DNA of 63,793 nt, the filler included, from Dimorphilus gyrociliatus (taxonomy: Eukaryota; Animalia; Annelida): assembly GCA_904063045.1 (NCBI GenBank). It is 4 parts of 4 records of this genome, joined end to end, with 100 filler letters (N's around TTAATTAATTAA, not from the genome) between each part and the next. Parts side by side here need not be neighbours in the genome. Positions count along the whole stretch, not along the records: positions 21,143 to 51,940 come from CAJFCJ010000047.1; 3 more parts are not named here. One strand, 5' to 3'. Positions 25,679-37,424 of this stretch are shown in pieces. Numbering within the stretch: the stretch's first letter is position 1; the number at the start of each line of letters is the position of its first letter. A model generated the notes under the pieces. That model saw nothing but the letters and a program-made list of their open reading frames with translations, ran no database searches and was not told the origin of the DNA. The position numbers were made by a program, and so were the translations under genes.

Positions 25679-28021
25679 ATCTAGACAGACACTGAATTGT
25701 TTCATTTAAATATGAAGAAGGTTGTAGCAAACACCAATACAAATGTCCAAATGAGAAATGTATTCCAAATTTTTATGAATGTGATTTTAAAATTGATTGT
25801 AAAATGAACACTGATGAACAGTTCTGTCCATTATATGATTTGGCAACTAATTTACTGAATGAAAAAAGACTTAATGACAGTTTGATGTATAATTCAAAGA
25901 TTGGTAAAAATCACTCCTGTTTAGTCAGCTACAATTCAGCCGGATATCTTCTAACAAAAACTAATGCTCCTTTCAATGAACTAAAATTTTGTGACCAAGG
26001 TCATAATTGCCAATGTGGACAGCTGAAATGTAGAAAGCATAATTATTGTGTTAAAATTGATCAAATTTGTGATGGAATAAGCCATTGTTTAGAAGGAGAT
26101 GATGAAATTTCATGTGGTAATAAAAATAAAATAACAAAGTAAAAATTAATAAAAATTTATTCATTTTTTAAAAGATCTATTCAAACCAAAAGGATTTTTC
26201 AAATGTAATCATAAAAGAAAATTTATTAAAATATCTCAAGTTTGTGATGGAATACTTGATTGTTCTACTGCAATTGATGAACAAATTTGCGATAGTTTTT
26301 TATGCCCATTTTCTTGCAGTTGTAAAAGTCCCCTTCAAGCAATCTGTACCAATATCATGCCATCATCTATTCCAGTTGGAATGAAATATTTAACAATAGT
26401 TAATCCAACTAGAATAAAAGAAAACAACAATAATAGAATACATTATGCAATGACATTTTTGAATGTATCGTATGGAAAATTATATTACAAAGATATATCA
26501 TTGAAATATTTCCCAAATTTAAAAATCATTGATCTAGCTGGAAACAAATTAAGTAATTTCTCTAGAAAACTATTTGCCAATTCATTAAATTTACATATTT
26601 TGGACTTGAGTTGGAATTCTTTTCAAGAGATAACAAAATTTACATTTAAGGGCTTTAATTCAATTTTCCATCTAATTCTCTCTGGCAATAGAATAAAGTT
26701 GTTAAAGAATGATTGTTTTAGAGATCTTGAACATTTAGTATCTTTGGAATTGAATGGAAATAAACTTGAATCAATAGATAAACATATATTTCCAATTTCA
26801 AACAATATAAAAGAACTATCAATCTATTTGAAAGATAATTTTCTACATTCAATGAATAGTGAATTATTTCAAAATCTAAATAAATTAGAAAATTTGAAAA
26901 CAAGCCATAAACACATTTGCTCCTATGCAAATATTTATAGAAAATTGGAAAAGTGTACTTGGATTATTTCAATTAGGCAATTTCAAAGACATTTCCTACT
27001 TATAACTGTTGTAAAGTTGTTACTATTGGTGATAAGTTGTATATCACTAATTTGTATATTTTTTCAAATTTTCTCAATGTATTATTTAATGAAAAGCAAT
27101 AATTCTAAAGTATTTATTATGATTAATGATGTTATTCTAATATTTCATCTGACATTGTTAACATTTTCAATTGATTTTCAAAATGGCAACTTTAGTAAAC
27201 ATTACAATTTATTTATAAAAACAAAGTTATGTGCCATTTCTCATTTTACAATCAATTATTCAATATTGTTTCAATATCTTGTTCATATGTCATTTTATGC
27301 TTATAAATTAATATCATTGAATTTTAACTATAAAAGAATAGTCAGAATACAGATATTCATTCAGCCTATATGCAGCCTTACATCAATAATCATTAATATT
27401 CCTATATTAATAATTTTTGAGGTAAAGTTTAATATCAGATTATTTACAAAATATTTGAAATAAAAAATTTAAAAAACAGAAGAATTTACAGCAAAATTAC
27501 ATTCATGAATGTTCAATTCTACTTTTGACATTTAGGAAAAATTCATCTATATTTATCTTTATTAACTTGTCAATACTTTGCATATTTTTTCCACTTTTTA
27601 GTTTAAGCATTATACTAATTAGAAATGTGGTTTTTGAAAAATTATTAAAGCCTACAAATGAAAAAATTATAATAATTTATTCACTTTTACATTTAATAAA
27701 TTTTCTCTCATCTCAAATTTATGGTAGGCAACATAAATACAAGAATACTATTTTCTAATCACTATTTTCTCTCTCTCTCAAACTCTAGATATTGTTTTAA
27801 AAGGAGATGAAAAACACATTGAATTTAAATTTATAAAAGTTGTATTTTTTCTACCTGGATTTTTTGCTTCTTTTTATATGTTGAAATTTCATGAAATTAA
27901 AGAAACATTTCACAAATATATTAAATTAAGAAAGTTTCAAAGTGAACAAAAAATCTATAAACAAAGAGTTTTTCCTGGTAAGATTAATCCATTGTTTTCT
28001 AAAAAGAAATTTCACTTTTTA
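21391..28021 (+). CDS. GRL101/LGR-like receptor: signal peptide, SRCR-like and C-type-lectin-like modules, several LDLa repeats, LRRs, divergent 7TM; exon structure and 3' end approximate
   Basis: LDLa repeats (CDGNFDCQDKTDEKNC, CDGISHCLEGDDEISC); LRRs (LKIIDLAGNKL, LHILDLSWNSF, LILSGNRI, LELNGNKL); hydrophobic helices at 26970-27900; spliced tail may run to ~28430. Confidence 0.8.
23600..24365 (+). mobile_element. degenerate Tc1 copy, same family as 15536-16586, nested in the GRL101-like gene
   Basis: 5' end TA-CAGCCGCCCGACAAAAAT resembles the TIR at 16586; pieces GRPSR, GVIVWGCISSAGEVFIQR and IWQKDNAPPHT. Confidence 0.8.
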
Positions 28022-28473
28022 ATCTCATTTCAAAAAACACCAAATCAGTTATAGAGATTTGTGTATATTTTATTTCCAGAAGGAAAAATTTGCAATTCTC
28101 ATTTAATAAATTACCATCAAAAATCTTTTTAGTCAAAAAAAAATTACAAGAAATTATTAAAGTAATAGTGTTTGTGCACAAAAGGAATGTCTACTTTCAA
28201 GGCAAAATTGAGCATATTCTTGAAATTGAAACAGTAAGGAGAAGAGATTGCATGATGTTCTTTCCTCTTCTTTCATTTGGTTTCTCTCTTTTATTAGGAT
28301 AATGGAAATTTTACAGACGTATTAAAAAAGTTGGCGTCCATTGAAAATAAGAAAGAAAATATCAATGATTTTGGATTGCTGGTAAAAACAATATTGCAAA
28401 AATTTCATTTACAAAAACTTTCTCGTTGAATACAATTTTCTCAAAATACTATATTGCTAATGTGTTTAACACT

Positions 28474-28672
28474 GGGGCCGACAGAAAACGTCCCCAAGTG
28501 AGATTTTTGAAAGCAACATTTCGGATTGAAAAATGGTTAGGGTGAGTGAAGTAGCCATTGATTTGTAGTTAGGGGGGGGGTTCCTTCTAATGGTCAGGGG
28601 TAATCAAAAAGGTTAGGGAGTGACAAGGGCTAGGGTTAAATCATGCATTTGGGGACGTTTTCTGTCATAACC
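28474..28672. mobile_element. 199-bp MITE sharing its TIR core with the MULE at 46206-48796
   Basis: GACAGAAAACGTCCCCAA at the left, TTGGGGACGTTTTCTGTC at the right; flanks GTTTAACACT / GTTTACACT look like a degraded ~9-bp TSD. Confidence 0.75.
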
Positions 28673-28699
28673 GTTTACACTAGATAATTAATTTATACA

Positions 28700-30400
28700 G
28701 TATATTAAAAACTAATTCTACTCGGTAAAGAAACTTTTGAATGTTTAAATTCTCTCTATCAACCAGTTAGAATAGTCTTGAAAAAGGTATCTGAAAAAGG
28801 GGGTTGATGGAAAATGTCTACAAATTAAATTTTTGGATATTGGAGTTTTGACTGAAAAATGATTAGCAGGAATAAGATAGCTATTGATTTTTGGTTTACA
28901 AAATCAACATTTTAACAACATGTTTATTGTTTGAAGATGGTGATGGGTCTAGTTCAACTAAAGCAAAATTTGAAGCAGAATCCTATATGTCTGAAAATAC
29001 AAGAAATATAGGATTTAATGAGATTTCTATCTTTGCATTTGAATATGAAAATGGTAGGAGAATATTGTAAAAACAAAAAAATGTTTCTAAAATGTCTTAT
29101 CCTATTGATTTACAATTATTATTAAACTTTTTCAGTTGTGGACAGAGAGGAAAAACTTTTAAACACAGCTTTCAAACATGAAGGAGCTAGCTGTAGTGCA
29201 TCAAGTTCAAGGTCAACTTTTGAATGTATCAATGCACTAGACCGAGACAATAAGAAAGCCTGGAGTCCAAATTGTGATGTGTCTGACTCTTTAAAAGGGT
29301 CATGCATAAATCATTACATTGACATAGCATTAGCATTTCCTGCAGTACCAAAACTACTATGCCTATCAAATGGGTATTTAATCATTATTATTAACATAAT
29401 TGTACATTTTTGGCTGTTATATCCACCATATTTATATATTTTTGACAACAGATACAAATTTATTAATGGAATAAAAATCATTAAAGTTGAATGGAGTTCA
29501 GGATTTATTCAGACTGTAAATCTTCCTGATGTTAATGCTGGTGAGAGATACTGCTTTAATTATACAAATTCTTTTGAAATAGAGCATGGACTAAAACTTA
29601 CCATTATGGATGTTTACATTGACAAAAATGTTGGATTTCAATATGTGAATGTTTTTGTAAAAGGTAAAAAAAATATTCAGATTAGGGTCAAGGTTAGGGT
29701 TAATATTTATTAAAATAATCTCTCTATATAGATTCTACCAGTTGGATATATTTAATTCAATCTGAAAACTTTGTTGCTTATCACCTATCAGCTGACATTT
29801 ACCAGAATTTTAGGGCTATAAAATTTCAGATTTTAGGTGTAGATCTAGGTCAATCAGATGACTGTTCATCATTTGTAATTGCCTTCAAAAGTGAAACATC
29901 AATCCAATAACAAGAAAATTTCATCAATGGAAGTAACTAATCAACCTTCAGTACAAATAAGTTCATTACCATTGTTTAGTTGTGATAATTGGAAAAATTT
30001 CTGGCTAGAAATTTCAGAAAATCATATAACATTTGGTTTGGGTTTGGAATATGGTATTTCTAGATTAGCAACTATCTCATCAGCCATATCTATCAATCCA
30101 AGACAAATCCTGTTTAAAAATGGTTTGTCAAATATGATGAATGGAGTGTAGTTTTGAGACTAAGCCTTCATTTTACCATTATTCTACAGATGGAATAAGA
30201 CTGGAAAGCTTGTATCATGACTGCACTGAAAAAGAATATTATAAAGCAATTGATCCATTTACTCATACATGCATGCCATTAAAGAACAGAAACCATTTAT
30301 TTTCTTACAAACAGTCAAATGGAAATGGTTTTAGAAGCAATAATACTTATTCTACAATTGTATTTAAAAAAATGATACACTTTTGGGGGATTTTAATGTG
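28700..30400 (+). CDS. tandem discoidin/galactose-binding-like domains plus farnesoic-acid-O-methyltransferase-like (Methyltransf_FA) domain; multi-exon, partly frameshifted
   Basis: EGASCSASS...FECINALD...AWSPNC...KVEWSSG...NVGFQYVNVF; SCDNWKNFWLEISENHITFGLG; clear paralogy to 37399-39420. Confidence 0.55.
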
Positions 30401-30920
30401 AATGTCTTCTTAAAGTTGGATAATATTAAAGGAAAATTATGTAAGAAGCAGCAGAAAATGATTAAAAAAAATTCTTTTTTCTATTTTCCATTTAAATGTA
30501 AAGCAAGTAGTAATAAAGAATTAAATTTGGAATGTCTCTTTGTGATGTTATAGTAACCTTTTAATCAGCTTTTTCCACAATCTCTCTACATTGCTATTCT
30601 TTAAAAAAAGATAAAAAATATCAATCTTCTGCTAGTGTGCTGTTTTTGCTCTCATCTTCTTTTTCCTATTCATCTGTGTTTTTATCTTGGTTGATGTATT
30701 ATTGAACAACAACAGAAACATATTGCTTTAATTATTCATTTAGTATAGACTTATTTAAATGAAGAAGAAACTTGAACACCAATTCCTCTCAAGTAATTAT
30801 TTATTGTATTTGTAAAAACGATTTTTAGAACATTTTGATAATGTTTTGCATAGATTTTATTATTTTTCACAATCATTTATATAATATCTTGAGAAAATTT
30901 TTATCACTTTTGATGATATT

Positions 30921-31346
30921 TCAAAATTTGTCACTGTTTTCATTCTCCAAATCAGCAATACCTGAATTCATGCCAAAAGTTTTTAAATAAAATTTATCAT
31001 ACTCATCATACCAGTTTTTCTTGTGATTTGTATGTTTTTCTTTCAAATTTATCTTCTGCTTTTTATCTTCTAAAGAATTGTTGGAAATTTTACAGGATAT
31101 GGAATTTTTTTGAGGAAAAGGCTTCCATCCATCTTTGACAGTTTTCAAGGAAACTTTTTCAGCTGTTGATGGAAAATTTTTACTATGCAATATCAGTCGT
31201 CTTAGACGCATTAACATGTTTAAATATCCAAGATTTTTGGCATTGAGAATCATTTTTAGATATCTTTTCTCAGTTGTATATTTACAATTGATACAAGTAT
31301 TTGCCGCTAAGTTTTCTTTAACCTTTTTGCTTGTAACAAAGCTCAA
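30921..31346 (-). CDS. 141-aa ORF of unknown function, possibly the last exon of a decayed gene running to ~32500
   Basis: Open frame only; no recognisable motif. Confidence 0.25.
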   Translation of the reverse strand: MSFVTSKKVKENLAANTCINCKYTTEKRYLKMILNAKNLGYLNMLMRLRRLILHSKNFPSTAEKVSLKTVKDGWKPFPQKNSISCKISNNSLEDKKQKINLKEKHTNHKKNWYDEYDKFYLKTFGMNSGIADLENENSDKF

Positions 31347-33423
31347 TAACTGCCTTAAAAGTCTTCCAAACAGTTAAATAAATACACATTTTTTTATCCA
31401 TATATTGATTATGGTTAATGTAGGCCTATGAGAAATTAGCATTTGTAAAAATTTTATAGAATATCCACTAACCATTTTCATACGTAATCATTACATAAGA
31501 CTGTAATATTTTTTTTGGCAGTATTCCAAATTATGTTGAAATTTATATAATTTGCAAAATTATTCTTCTATGACTCATAAATTATAAAAAAATTCCTGTT
31601 CTTATTTTCGAGTTGAGTTGTTGTTGACAAATCTAATCAAGGTGAATTACATTCACCTACTTTGTAATCCAATGCAATGAGATTGAACTTTTGACCTCTC
31701 ACTCTGGAGCAGTTTTCTTCCATGTCCTTCCAACTCTTGTTAGCAATCTAAAGGTCATTAGTTAAAAAAAGCTGAATCAATCAACTTGAAGAAACTGTTT
31801 TACCAGCAATTCTGTGGATTGCATATAATTGATTTCCAATATCCAATCACTGCTCTCTCTCTGTCTGTCTCTTTCTCTCTCTTCCTACGCTAATTTAATC
31901 TTAGATAAGTGTACCTTGGGATTTATTGTAAAAAAAGGATTTTAAAATAGATAACAGTATCTTTACTAAACATCCTTTAATTATACTATGCTTTAACATT
32001 GCATACATACAGTAATTATCTAAAAATCTTTTGGCTCTTTGCCAATATAGTAACATCTTCATTTTCTTTACGGAGGTTATTTGCGTAATACAACTAGTGC
32101 CATCTGCTTTGTATATTCTGTATAAACTAAGACTAAAGTATTTTTTCTGACTTGCTGTTCTTTGAGAAATGATGAGTGTTATTTCCTGCCATGAGGTTGT
32201 AGTTAAGTACTGGTCCAAATAGAACAAAATTACGAGTAAGCCATTTAGAAGAGGTGTAGAATGGATGGAAGATGAATATAGAACCAATTCATAAGAATAT
32301 TATAACTGTACTCGGGAGTAATATTATAGCTGTTCACTAAGAGCCTTCATTCAGGACTTAATTCCTGTTAATACCTACACCCTGCCTTTTATACAATTCC
32401 TTAATATTGGCTTATGCCTTAGGTGTCAACAACAAGGGTCTACTTCCCAGGTAAGGACTGGTCACAACAAACAGGGTCAAAGGTTATCATATTATGCAAT
32501 AGAGATCTGAACAATAACAGGTTTGTGTACTTAACAGTTAATTTTTACATCATATTTATTTAAATAAACAATTGTTGTTGTTGTTGTCAACATGTTTAGT
32601 TAAGTAACATCTTATCTTTTGCCTGTAAAACAGTTTGGATTCTGGCATTTGGGTAACATCTACCTTAGATTTTCTTCAACACTTTTATCATACAGTCAGT
32701 ATCATTTATATAATGTCTATTAAAAATAGTTCCAAAGTGTACAATGAGATTGTCAACATTTTAAAGTTAGTTCCCATAAAAAGACAATGGATATTGTTCA
32801 AAATGCCTATTGGGTTTTTAGTGATGCCTAATGTTATGTAAAACTTGGAAAGAAAATCTGATATCAAATGGAAGAAGAATTAGAAAAAGTAATACCCTGC
32901 GTACAAGTTCTTATTCATCACGTGACTTTCAATATTTATAGAAGATTTTTAGAATGCTCATTTCTACACTTAGAAATAGCCATTGTACATTTAGATATGA
33001 TGACATATCAATATTATGTAGATTTTAGTAATAGAGCAACTTTAGAATAACTTCTATTACCTAGGAATTAGAATTATAGAACTTCAGAAAGGCTTTTTAA
33101 ATTTTTCAACACATTTTTATAAACATTATAATAATTATAATTGTATGTAACAGAATGGTCTAGTTCATCTCTAGTAGATCATATATACTGGTTTTACAAG
33201 ATTTTGCCTTGTATCAAGTCTGCAGTTTGACTTGAGTTTGACACAATCTCAAGTGAGACTCAAGATCAGCCACCTCGATGTAGTATAAACATTCACTCCT
33301 TCTCTTTCTCACACAGTCATACTGACCTGTTGATATTGTCAACTTGTATTATTTGATGTCACCTCATATTGATTAATATGACCACACAGTTAGTTAGTTA
33401 ATATATTTTAGTCATAAGGAAAA

Positions 33424-36400
33424 TGTCTATAAACAGAACGTTATATACTAACGTTCCGTTCACATTACATGATATGAGTGAATGTGTGTTAGTGTGCGAG
33501 TGTCAGTGTCTGAGCGTCACTTAAGAACGGAGTTTGACTTAGCCCAGAGTCGGGACAGTCCAACTTGATGTTATGCCACATCGTTGATAACGACGTGGCA
33601 TGAATGTGGCATGAATGTGGCAATACAGATGAGCACAGTCAAACACCCAATTAAGTGACACTAACAAAGTATAAAAGGGAGTGAATGTAATAGAACGGTG
33701 TGAGAGACCAAAAGAATATCAAATAAAATTTATATGAAATTCTTAGGAATTTCGTGCTATAAGCCAAAAACAAAATCTTATAAAGTATAAATTTTATTTG
33801 GTTCTGGAACAACTAGTGATGGCAAGGAACCCACAAAAGATGAATGTGGCACAGAAGCTGGAAACAGTGAACAGGTGTATGGGACACACCAAGAGAGGTC
33901 TGGAAGATGGACGCTACACAAGAGGTCTGATTAAGATGAGATGCTTCACAGCAGAGAAGTTGCTGGATGAGTGGCAAGAGTCATTCACTGAAGAAATGGA
34001 AGACCGAGTAGCAGAAACCAGAAGAAAAATAAAGAAATATCTTAAGACAGTTGAACAGGGTTACTCACCCAAAGTCGAATACCCACAAGGAATGAATGTG
34101 AGGGATGATATTGAGAAAGAAGATGTCGAAGCTGACATCAAAAATATATATATAGGAGCAGCTGGAAGCGTGTTTGAAAAGAATAGTTCAAGAAGTAGCA
34201 GTTGCTCTAGTGAGAGAAACACTTCCTCAGGAAAGAGAAAGAGAGAGATGTATGGAAGCATAAATGATGAAGACGGTATAGAAATGGCAGCTGAGCAGGC
34301 AAAGGATGGAAAAAAGAAACCCATTAGGCCAGACACACAAAGCCAGGCAGAAAGGCAAAGCATAAGCATTTTTGATAAAATGGTAGAGGACAGTGACGAT
34401 GACGAAGTTGATACTACCGCGAGAGGGGATGATACTCTCCCATATGACATGAATAGAGAAGGATGGTGGATGGGAGAAAAGGAGAATGTATTGGCTGAGT
34501 TAGGCGAAATGATAGAAATGGAAAGAAGAGTGAGAAAAGATGAGACAGCTCGATTCAAAGCCAGACAAAATGAGAAAGAGAACAGGCTAAAGGAAGAGCT
34601 GGAAGAAAGAGATCATCAGTTGTCTGTGTTGGTGAAAGCTACTATAAGCAGTAGAGTAGAAAGCATGGAAGCAGAGACAAGAAAGGAAAATAACAAATTA
34701 CATGAAAAATTGGAGATGGTCCAGGAAAAAATGGAAAGGCTAGAGGCCCAAATGGCAAAGATGACAAGCGAGCAAAGAATGGGTACGCCAGCAAAAACAG
34801 AAAGAAGAGAAAGTATAATCCCGAATACCACAATTCTGTTCGAAGGAGAGCCCGAAATGTTTGAAGGTTTTATAGTAAGGCACGAAAGCATTCTGGCTAG
34901 GTATGGCGAGGTTGAGGAATGGGAGAAATTTGACTGTTCTCTTGGTCTACTTTACTGGCCCCCTGGAAAGCCAAAGTCAAGAGGCAATATAGTAGAGTAT
35001 CTCATGACAAGACATGTATTTGGGGCAAAAGATAGTCCTTACGTAGTATCAGCAACCCTGAGAAAGGTGTTGAAGGCCTCTCGCTTGTCAAGAGAGGAGA
35101 GGGAAGAGATAACAAGAAGTTTTTATGTGGACGACCTTATATTGGCATCCAATGACGAAGATTACCTAAGGGAAGTGTTAGGGAAGGTGTTGAAGGCTCT
35201 CGATAGCTACTTCACGCTTACAAAGCTGGCGATGAACTCGATAGAAATTAGAAAGACCATCCCACCTGAAAGGAGAATTTATGATTACCCAGAAAAGGTG
35301 TTGGGCATTAAATATGAAGGAAAAGAGGATAAACTGTATTGGATAATACAAAAGAAGACATTAGAGCTCAAGGCTACTTGGAGAGACATGTTAGGGGCAG
35401 TGGCAAGCATTTATGATCCCCTTGGATTAATAAACATTGTGACCAGCAAATTAAGGCTCACATTTTCACAACTCAGCAAAGGCATGAGCCATTGGAAAGA
35501 GGAAATACCAGAAGAGAAGAGAAGAGACTGGAACACAATCGTAGCCAGGTTGCCTAGACAATTAAATATAGCTCGCTACGCCGGGAGCTCCAAAGGGTAC
35601 CACATCTACACTGACGCCTCAGATACAATGTTGGGAGTTGCAATCTACTCATATGCTAATGGAACCGAAATGATAATGAGGTCAAAGGCCTTGATGGTTA
35701 GACCAGCCATGAAAACAATGCCAAGGCATGAGCTGGCTGCACCATTACAAGGGGTGAGATTGGCACTGGAGGTGAGCAAAGGGGTGGCGAGAAGGCCTGC
35801 CCTATTTATGACAGACTCGGAAGTGGTATTGAGGTACATCAAGAATGACGAAATCCCAATGGAAAAGTATGCACGAACAAGGGTGCTGGAGATACGGCAG
35901 TACACAGACCCAGATCAGTGGTACCATGTGAAGAGCGAAAATAACCCAGCAGATTGGTTAACTAAAATACCAGTAAAATTCAACCAGGAAAGGTATGACA
36001 AATGGGCAAAGAGAGAAATAACAATGACACAACAAGGACAGCCATGCAAGGTACTGTTGCTGAAAAAACCAGCCAATAATGAGCAGGACTTTGCAAAGTT
36101 CCTATCCCAGAGAGAGGGGAAGGAGCTGACCAATGTAAATGACATCAACCTGGAAGTAGAGAAAGCCATATGTGAAGCTCAAATGGAGATAGACCCAAAA
36201 AGACTGGCAAAATATGCGATAACAAGGGGACAGGACAGAATGAGAATCCAACTCAGACGACTGGGGAAGAAGGAGAGCTACCTTGAGAACCCTAGGATCT
36301 TGGATGGAAAGTCGACGATTGGAAAATTGATGGTGAAAAGGATTCATGAGGAAAACTGCCACGCCCCCCTGGCTAGAATGAGAGTAATCTTAAGAGAGAC

Positions 36401-37359
36401 TTATTGGGTACTGAATGAGGTAGCTACCATAAGACGAGTCATTGCGGAATGTGATCAGTGCAGGAGGTATAGATCTATAATCCGTTATGAGAAAAGAGGC
36501 AACAAGCCGTACTCCTTTCAAATTGAAAATGACCTAGAAATATTTAAATATATTGGCATTGACCATTTTGGCCCCTTTAAGCTCAAACAAGGCGGCAAGC
36601 TCTATGTATTGCTACTTATATGTCTGCAGAGTAAAACTGTACAGCTGGAGGTAACAGAGGGTCTAGACACAAACTCCACCAAGCTGGCATTGGAAAGAGC
36701 ATGGGCAAGGGAGAGGAGACCATCCTTAATAATATCTGACAATTATAGGACCTTTAAGGCTATGGCTCAGGAAAAAAACCAAATCGATTGGCAATTCACG
36801 GCACCAAAGGCGCCCTACCAAGGAGGCGTGTGGGAGGTAGCAGTTAAGGCAGCTAAATATTTGGCCAAACCATATCTACACAATTGCTGGTCTCACCAGA
36901 AATGGCAGACACTGTGGTCGCTAGTAGAGAAGGTAATAAACGATAAGCCATTACAGCAGCCGCTAGATGACCCTGACCAGATATTGGTAACACCCAATTT
37001 ACTAAAGAAGAGACAACGGGAGCTACGTTGGAATGAAAGCAAATGGAGTCAGAAGAGTTGGAACGAGATACAGCGACAATGGAAAAGGATCTACCTGCAA
37101 GAGCTGGTCAGACAACAGTGGAGAACAAAGGGAGGAAGAAAGCTGCAAGTCGGAGACAAGGTCCTAGTCACTGACAAACAAAAGGCTAGGCATAGATGGG
37201 TGACTGGAGTATTAACAGAAATCATACCTAGTCATGATGGAGCCATGAGAAAGTGCAAGTTGAATACAGCAAGGGGCCCGCTTATCAGGGCTGCAGGAGA
37301 ACTACTGTTCGTGGGAGAGGAATTTCGTGCTATAAGCGAAAAACAAAATCTTATAAAGT
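33424..37359 (+). mobile_element. BEL/Pao LTR retrotransposon with internal deletion and a truncated 3' LTR; 5' boundary approximate
   Basis: LTR-like region with TATAAAAG (~33670) and AATAAA (~33722); TGGT putative PBS at ~33799; polypurine tract GGGAGAGGA at ~37313; 42-bp direct repeat 33745-33786 / 37318-37359 with one mismatch. Confidence 0.85.
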
Positions 37360-37424
37360 CTATATACAGCATTTACAATCAATTAAATAATAAAAAAATT
37401 ATGGACTTATGTGACAAACTTTAA
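33819..37424 (+). CDS. BEL/Pao polyprotein: gag N-terminus fused in frame to partial RT, RNase H and integrase
   Basis: RHVFGAKDSPY; YVDDL; YTDASD / RHELAA / TDSEV / NPADWLT; H-x-H..C-x2-C zinc knuckle; IGIDHFGP / ISDNYRTF / GGVWE; ATG at 33819. Confidence 0.9.
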   Translation: MARNPQKMNVAQKLETVNRCMGHTKRGLEDGRYTRGLIKMRCFTAEKLLDEWQESFTEEMEDRVAETRRKIKKYLKTVEQGYSPKVEYPQGMNVRDDIEKEDVEADIKNIYIGAAGSVFEKNSSRSSSCSSERNTSSGKRKREMYGSINDEDGIEMAAEQAKDGKKKPIRPDTQSQAERQSISIFDKMVEDSDDDEVDTTARGDDTLPYDMNREGWWMGEKENVLAELGEMIEMERRVRKDETARFKARQNEKENRLKEELEERDHQLSVLVKATISSRVESMEAETRKENNKLHEKLEMVQEKMERLEAQMAKMTSEQRMGTPAKTERRESIIPNTTILFEGEPEMFEGFIVRHESILARYGEVEEWEKFDCSLGLLYWPPGKPKSRGNIVEYLMTRHVFGAKDSPYVVSATLRKVLKASRLSREEREEITRSFYVDDLILASNDEDYLREVLGKVLKALDSYFTLTKLAMNSIEIRKTIPPERRIYDYPEKVLGIKYEGKEDKLYWIIQKKTLELKATWRDMLGAVASIYDPLGLINIVTSKLRLTFSQLSKGMSHWKEEIPEEKRRDWNTIVARLPRQLNIARYAGSSKGYHIYTDASDTMLGVAIYSYANGTEMIMRSKALMVRPAMKTMPRHELAAPLQGVRLALEVSKGVARRPALFMTDSEVVLRYIKNDEIPMEKYARTRVLEIRQYTDPDQWYHVKSENNPADWLTKIPVKFNQERYDKWAKREITMTQQGQPCKVLLLKKPANNEQDFAKFLSQREGKELTNVNDINLEVEKAICEAQMEIDPKRLAKYAITRGQDRMRIQLRRLGKKESYLENPRILDGKSTIGKLMVKRIHEENCHAPLARMRVILRETYWVLNEVATIRRVIAECDQCRRYRSIIRYEKRGNKPYSFQIENDLEIFKYIGIDHFGPFKLKQGGKLYVLLLICLQSKTVQLEVTEGLDTNSTKLALERAWARERRPSLIISDNYRTFKAMAQEKNQIDWQFTAPKAPYQGGVWEVAVKAAKYLAKPYLHNCWSHQKWQTLWSLVEKVINDKPLQQPLDDPDQILVTPNLLKKRQRELRWNESKWSQKSWNEIQRQWKRIYLQELVRQQWRTKGGRKLQVGDKVLVTDKQKARHRWVTGVLTEIIPSHDGAMRKCKLNTARGPLIRAAGELLFVGEEFRAISEKQNLIKSIYSIYNQLNNKKIMDLCDKL

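Noticed and set aside
33424-33432. CTATA on both sides of the BEL element as a TSD
   Set aside because: It would require LTR ends lacking TG..CA and inverted termini; a 5-mer match in AT-rich DNA is not persuasive.
34061-36362. Several minus-strand ORFs of 60-165 aa within the BEL ORF
   Set aside because: Antisense shadows of a purine-rich coding strand; no motifs.
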